From the IMG/VR virus record IMGVR_UViG_2529292829_000009: a DNA stretch of 11,715 nt. One strand, written 5' to 3'. The stretch is from a virus. Lineage: Duplodnaviria; Heunggongvirae; Uroviricota; Caudoviricetes. Both the position numbers and the translations under genes were made by a program. A model generated the notes under the pieces. It saw nothing but the letters and a program-made list of their open reading frames with translations, was not told the DNA's origin and did no database searches. Shown one piece after another: positions 7,455-11,715 of the stretch (position 1 is its first letter; the number at the start of each line of letters is the position of its first letter).

Positions 7455-8551
7455 ATTTCAGCTCTGAACTGCTTAACAAAGGCAACAAAACTCCCGCATT
7501 CAGCATCAGTATTGAGGGCAGGGATATCACTACTGTGCTGGATAACCGTCTGATGAGTCTGACGTTGACGGACAATCGGGGCTTTGACGCGGACCAGCTT
7601 GATCTGGAGCTGGACGACGCCGACGGAAAAATCGTGCTGCCGCGCCGTGGTGCGGTCATTACGCTGGCGCTGGGCTGGAAGGGGCAGCCGCTTTTCCCGA
7701 AAGGGACATTCACGGTGGACGAGATTGAACACACTGGCGCGCCGGACCGCCTGACTATCCGGGCGCGAAGTGCTGATTTTCGGGAAACGCTGAATACCCG
7801 CCGTGAAAAATCGTGGCATAAGACCACCGTCGGGGAAGTGGTGAAGGAAATAGCCGCGCGGCACAAGCTGAAGATGGCACTGGGTAAAGACCTGTCGGAT
7901 AAGCCCGTGGAGCATATAGACCAGACTAATGAGAGTGACGGCAGTTTTCTGATGCGGCTGGCGCGACAGTACGGTGCCATCGCGTCGGTGAAAAATGGCA
8001 ATCTGTTATTCATCCGGCAGGGGCAGGGCAAAAGCGCCACTGGTAAACCTCTGCCAGTGATCACTATCACACGCAAGGACGGCGACAGTCACCGATTTAC
8101 CCTGGCAGATCGCGGAGCCTACACGGGCGTAATTGCCAGCTGGTTGCATACCCGCGAACCTGCGAAGAAAGAAAGCACCACGGTGAAGCGTAAGCGCAGA
8201 ACTAAGAAGCAGAAGAAAGAGCCAGAAGCGAAGCAGGGCGATTATCTGGTGGGTACGGATGAAAACGTGCTGGTACTTAATCGCACTTATGCCAACCGGA
8301 GCAACGCCGAACGAGCGGCGAAAATGCAGTGGGAACGCCTGCAACGCGGCGTTGCGTCATTTTCGCTACAACTGGCAGAAGGGCGGGCAGATCTCTACAC
8401 GGAAATGCCTGTGAAGGTCAGTGGTTTTAAACAGCCGATAGATGATGCGGAATGGACCATTACGACTCTGACACATACCGTCAGCCCGGATAACGGTTTT
8501 ACGACCAGTCTGGAGCTTGAAGTGAGGATTGATGATTTCGAAATGGAATGA
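7451..8551 (+). CDS. D: Late control gene D protein (gpD; VgrG-N-terminus / baseplate-hub-like tail protein)
   Basis: 366 aa; GTG start overlapping the U stop (GTGA) with a GGTGGGAGGG Shine-Dalgarno; last gene of the FETUD operon, immediately before ogr. Confidence 0.85.
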   Translation: MNFSSELLNKGNKTPAFSISIEGRDITTVLDNRLMSLTLTDNRGFDADQLDLELDDADGKIVLPRRGAVITLALGWKGQPLFPKGTFTVDEIEHTGAPDRLTIRARSADFRETLNTRREKSWHKTTVGEVVKEIAARHKLKMALGKDLSDKPVEHIDQTNESDGSFLMRLARQYGAIASVKNGNLLFIRQGQGKSATGKPLPVITITRKDGDSHRFTLADRGAYTGVIASWLHTREPAKKESTTVKRKRRTKKQKKEPEAKQGDYLVGTDENVLVLNRTYANRSNAERAAKMQWERLQRGVASFSLQLAEGRADLYTEMPVKVSGFKQPIDDAEWTITTLTHTVSPDNGFTTSLELEVRIDDFEME

Positions 8552-8641
8552 CTCTTCGCAATGGAGAACTTTTAAGTTTGTAAAATGGAATAATGCGGTA
8601 TCATTGTTGTGAATTTAGCAAAAATGGGGAGAACTCGAAAA

Positions 8642-8860
8642 ATGATGATTTGCCCACTGTGTGGAAGTGCCGCCCATACTCGCAGCAGTTTTCAGGTATC
8701 TTCATTGACCAAAGAGCGTTACAACCAGTGCCAGAACATTAACTGCAGCCATACTTTTGTTACCCATGAAACTTTTGTTCGTTCGATTGCAACGCCAAAA
8801 GAGTCAAATCCGGTTCAGCCGCATCCAATGAAATCAGGACAGGTGGCGCTCTCTCTTTGA
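8642..8860 (+). CDS. ogr: Late gene transcriptional activator Ogr (C4 zinc finger, Ogr/Delta family)
   Basis: 72 aa from ATG 8642 with a GGGGAG Shine-Dalgarno 10 nt upstream; Cys4, Cys7, Cys30, Cys35 give C-x2-C-x22-C-x4-C; the motifs CPLC...TKERY.QCQN.NC match P2 Ogr. Confidence 0.85.
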   Translation: MMICPLCGSAAHTRSSFQVSSLTKERYNQCQNINCSHTFVTHETFVRSIATPKESNPVQPHPMKSGQVALSL

Positions 8861-9095
8861 CGCTGCCGCCATTTTGTCGCCATCATTAAAAAACAGTGCT
8901 TCTAACTTCATGATTTTAAAAGGCATAAATTTCAGGCAACAAAAAACCCATCAACCTTGAACCGAAATGGCGGGGGTGATGGGCTCCACAAAATGGGGAC
9001 ATCAAAGAAAAGCAGTGGCACTAATTAAGACTGATGCCCTGCGGAAAAGTTCTGCGGTTGTGCAAAAAAATTTCATTTTCAGGGCAACTTCAGTT
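8861..9095. other. Prophage/host junction region (attR expected here; core not identified)
   Basis: AT-rich 235-bp non-coding gap between the last phage gene (ogr) and the 3' end of host ybjL; in P2 the attachment site lies directly downstream of ogr. Confidence 0.4.
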
Positions 9096-10781
9096 TTATC
9101 CTAATCCTGGCCATACCATGACGATGATTGTCCCTGCCAGCGTCAGCAGGACGTTGGCGATTGCATAGGTGCCCGCATAGCCCAGCGCCGGGATGTTACT
9201 GCGAGCTGTATCACTGATGATCTCCATTGCCGGCGCGCAGGTACGTGCGCCCATCATTGCGCCGAACAACAGCGCGCGGTTCATTCGCAATACATAAGCA
9301 CCGAACAAGAAACAGATAACCACGGGCACCAGACTGACAATCAATCCGGCAATCAACATCTGACCGCCAATCGCGCCCAGGCCGTTATTAATACCGCTAC
9401 CGGCGCTCAGACCAACGCCTGCCATAAACACCATCAAGCCGAACTCTTTCACCATGCTTAATGCACCCTGCGGAATGTAACCGAAGGTCGGGTGGTTAGC
9501 ACGCATAAAGCCCAGCATAATTCCGGCGAATAACAACCCGGCAGCGTTCCCCATGCCGAAACTGAATGTGCTGAACTGGAAGGTGATCATCCCGATCATC
9601 AGCCCAATAACAAAGAAGGCGCAGAATGCCAGCAGGTCAGTGACCTGGCTGTGAATCGAGATAAAGCCGATGCGATCGGCGATGGTTTTTACGCGGCGGG
9701 CATCGCCGCTGACTTGTAAAACGTCACCTTTGTTAAGCACGACGTTGTCATCTATCGGCATCTCAATCTGGCTACGAATGACGCGGTTAAGGAAGCAACC
9801 GTGATCGGTCAACTTCAGTTGTGCGAGACGTTTACCTACAGCGTTATGGTTTTTAACGACCACTTCTTCAGTGACGATACGCATGTCGAGAAGGTCACGA
9901 TCGAAAACTTCTTTACCGTTACGGAAGCTGGGATCGAGTCGGGCATGGGCGTCGGGATAGCCTACCAACGCTATTTCATCGCCCATTTGTAGCACGGCAT
10001 CACCGTCTGGATTTGCCAGAATCCCGTTACGTCGAATACGTTCAATGTAGCAGCCGGTTTGTCGATAAATACCCAGTTCACGCAGATTTTTGCCGTCGGT
10101 CCAGGCCACCAGTTCCGGGCCGACGCGATAGGCGCGGATCACCGGTAAATAAACCTTACGGTTGGCATCAGTGTCCAGGCCACGTTCGCGGGCGATTTGC
10201 TGGGCGCTGGTCTGTAAGTCCTGATGCTGCAATTTCGGCAAGTAACGCGCACCAACAATCAAACTCACCAGACCGATTAAATAGGTTAAGGCATACCCGA
10301 GGCTCAGATTATCCAGTGCCAGTGAGAGCTGCCTGCTTTCCATGCCGGAATGACGCAGTGTATCGCCAGCACCGACCAGAACCGGTGTCGACGTCATAGA
10401 GCCTGCTAACATACCGGCCGTCAGGCCAATATCCCAGCCAAACAGCTTACCTAACCCTAAGGCGATCACCAGCGCACTGCCAACCATCACCAGTGCTAAC
10501 ATTAGGTAATTTTTCCCATCGCGAAAAAAAATGGAAAAAAAGTTCGGTCCGGCTTCGACCCCGACGCAGAAAATAAACAGCATAAAGCCAAGATTAAGCG
10601 CATCGGTGTTAATGCTGAAATGTTGTTGGCCTAATAACAGCGATACGACTAAAACGCCAATGGAATTACCCAGTTGGATCGAACCAAGTCGTAACTTTCC
10701 GAGACATAGCCCAAGCGCGAGGACCACAAATAATAACAGAATGTAATTCCCATTTAACAATTCGGCGACGTTTATATTCAC
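9096..10781 (-). CDS. ybjL: Putative transporter YbjL (AAE/YidE-YbjL family membrane protein with two cytoplasmic TrkA-C/RCK_C domains)
   Basis: 561 aa with hydrophobic N- and C-terminal halves around a soluble central region; GTG start (CAC on + at 10779..10781); matches E. coli YbjL in length and sequence as I remember it, and in its neighbours ybjM and grxA. Confidence 0.9.
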
Positions 10782-11050
10782 GGAGGCTAACTTCTTGTTT
10801 ACTAGTAAGCTGTTGAAAGAAATGGTAATTTACGATAATGTTTTTTACCAGAATTCAGGGCGCAGATTCATTCAGCGCACCTAAACGATAGTAAAGTAAC
10901 AATATATTTTACTAGTGTAATCACATTAGGTATCAACGGCTATATGAATTGCGTTGGCCTATATTAGCATGGAATGCGAAGCGGCTTTATCTTACTGAAC
11001 GCCACACTGGCGAAAAATGTGTTCGATAGACGCAGTGTCAGGAGGAACGA

Positions 11051-11428
11051 GTGAAACATAAACAACGTTGGGCGGGGGCAATCTGCTGTTTTGTCCTCTT
11101 CATTGTGGTGTGCCTTTTTCTGGCGACGCACATGAAAGGCGCTTTTCGGGCTGCCGGGCATCCTGAAATCGGCTTGCTATTTTTCATTCTTCCTGGAGCA
11201 GTCGCCAGCTTCTTTTCACAGCGTAGAGAAGTCCTGAAACCTCTGTTTGGCGCAATGCTGGCGGCACCCTGTTCGATGCTCATTATGCGGCTGTTTTTTT
11301 CACCGACGCGCTCATTCTGGCAAGAGCTGGCATGGTTACTAAGCGCGGTGTTCTGGTGTGCGCTGGGGGCACTGTGTTTCTTATTTATCAGTAGTTTGTT
11401 TAAACCACAGCACAGAAAAAATCAGTAA
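11051..11428 (+). CDS. ybjM: Inner membrane protein YbjM
   Basis: 125-aa hydrophobic protein; GTG start preceded by GGAGG at 11041..11045; sits between ybjL and grxA as in E. coli K-12. Confidence 0.85.
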   Translation: MKHKQRWAGAICCFVLFIVVCLFLATHMKGAFRAAGHPEIGLLFFILPGAVASFFSQRREVLKPLFGAMLAAPCSMLIMRLFFSPTRSFWQELAWLLSAVFWCALGALCFLFISSLFKPQHRKNQ

Positions 11429-11448
11429 AGCCCTCAACGCGAGGGCTT
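11427..11448. terminator. Probable bidirectional intrinsic terminator between convergent ybjM and grxA
   Basis: Hairpin AAAGCCCTC-AACGC-GAGGGCTT overlapping the ybjM stop; on the minus strand the stem is followed by a T-rich stretch (TTTACTGATTTTTT), a good terminator for grxA. Confidence 0.6.
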
Positions 11449-11457
11449 GTCAGACGA

Positions 11458-11715
11458 TCAGGCGTCCAGATTTTCTTTCACCCATGCAGCAAAATCGGTA
11501 TAGCCGCCGATATGTTGCTGATCGACAAAAATCTGCGGCACGGTTTCTACGGGGTTACCTGCCTTTTGTTGTAGATCTTCTTTAGTGATCCCTTCCGCAC
11601 GAATATCTACATACTGATACTGAAAATCATCGCGTTCATTGCTCAATTTCTCAGCCAGATCTTTTGCACGCACACAGTAAGGGCAACCCGAACGACCAAA
11701 AATAACGGTTTGCAT
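11458..11715 (-). CDS. grxA: Glutaredoxin 1
   Basis: 85 aa, MQTVIFGRSGCPYCVRAKDLAEKL... with the CPYC active site; the start codon is the last three bases of the window (ATG on the minus strand at 11713..11715). Confidence 0.95.
   Translation of the reverse strand: MQTVIFGRSGCPYCVRAKDLAEKLSNERDDFQYQYVDIRAEGITKEDLQQKAGNPVETVPQIFVDQQHIGGYTDFAAWVKENLDA

Larger units (their letters stand above)
1..8860. mobile_element. P2-like prophage, right arm (invertible tail-fibre module, invertase, FI-FII-E-T-U-D tail operon, ogr); left boundary is outside the window, right boundary lies somewhere in 8861..9095
   Basis: Gene order and protein identities match the P2 late region G-(Z/fun position)-FI-FII-E/E'-T-U-D-ogr, which sits next to attR in a P2 prophage; host genes ybjL/ybjM/grxA follow directly. 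Confidence 0.85.

Noticed and set aside
7265-8076. Two overlapping 216/217-aa minus-strand ORFs (7265..7915 and 7423..8076) antisense to U and D
   Set aside because: Arg/Ser-rich low-complexity translations in two frames, typical antisense artefacts; the + strand genes have good starts, translational coupling and recognisable families.
8609-8860. 83-aa version of ogr starting at GTG 8609
   Set aside because: No Shine-Dalgarno for the GTG; the internal ATG at 8642 has a GGGGAG Shine-Dalgarno and gives the canonical 72-aa Ogr length.
8947-8983. Inverted repeat CCCATCA...TGATGGG as a terminator for ogr
   Set aside because: The 23-nt loop and absence of a following U-tract make it a poor intrinsic terminator; kept only as a possible attachment-site-associated dyad.
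8861-9095. tRNA or tmRNA integration target at the prophage end
   Set aside because: No cloverleaf-like structure or conserved tRNA elements (T-loop GTTCGAATC-like, CCA end) recognisable by eye; the integration site appears to be non-tRNA.
8967-9104. 45-aa + strand ORF in the ogr-ybjL gap, overlapping the ybjL stop
   Set aside because: No Shine-Dalgarno, no recognisable features, lies in an AT-rich junction region; probably chance.
10013-10399. 128-aa + strand ORF (and 9801..9992, 10531..10746) inside ybjL
   Set aside because: Antisense or alternative frames of a well-supported membrane transporter gene; Arg/Pro-rich composition.
10964-11283. Minus-strand ORFs (10964..11161, 11038..11283) overlapping the ybjM start region
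   Set aside because: Antisense to ybjM and its promoter region; Arg/Lys-rich low-complexity translations.

Overview
This window looks like an Escherichia/Shigella-type chromosome carrying the right arm of a P2-like (Peduovirus-type) prophage (about 1..8860), followed by the host genes ybjL, ybjM and grxA (9096..11715). All identifications come from reading the supplied ORF translations and the DNA by eye and from remembered protein families; no database search was run. The prophage part contains, in order: the end of an invertible tail-fibre module (a 3' fragment of one tail-fibre-assembly gene on +, a convergent alternate tfa gene and a promoterless tail-fibre C-terminal cassette on -, and a 26-bp hix/gix-like crossover site), a Hin/Gin/Pin-family serine DNA invertase, a candidate Ogr-dependent late promoter, the tail operon FI-FII-E/E'-T-U-D with the expected -1 frameshift site for E', and the zinc-finger late activator ogr abutting the host junction. 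I do not see a convincing novel multi-gene system: the prophage genes are a standard P2-type tail module. The position between tfa and FI, where P2-like phages often carry accessory cargo, is occupied here by the invertase switch. The less routine observations are the inversion switch, a 10-bp perfect inverted repeat overlapping the late-promoter dyad, 22-aa tandem repeats in a long tape measure (1025 aa), a Lys/Arg-rich insertion in gpD, and the undefined attachment site between ogr and ybjL. The many long minus-strand ORFs inside T, U, D and FII are judged to be antisense artefacts.
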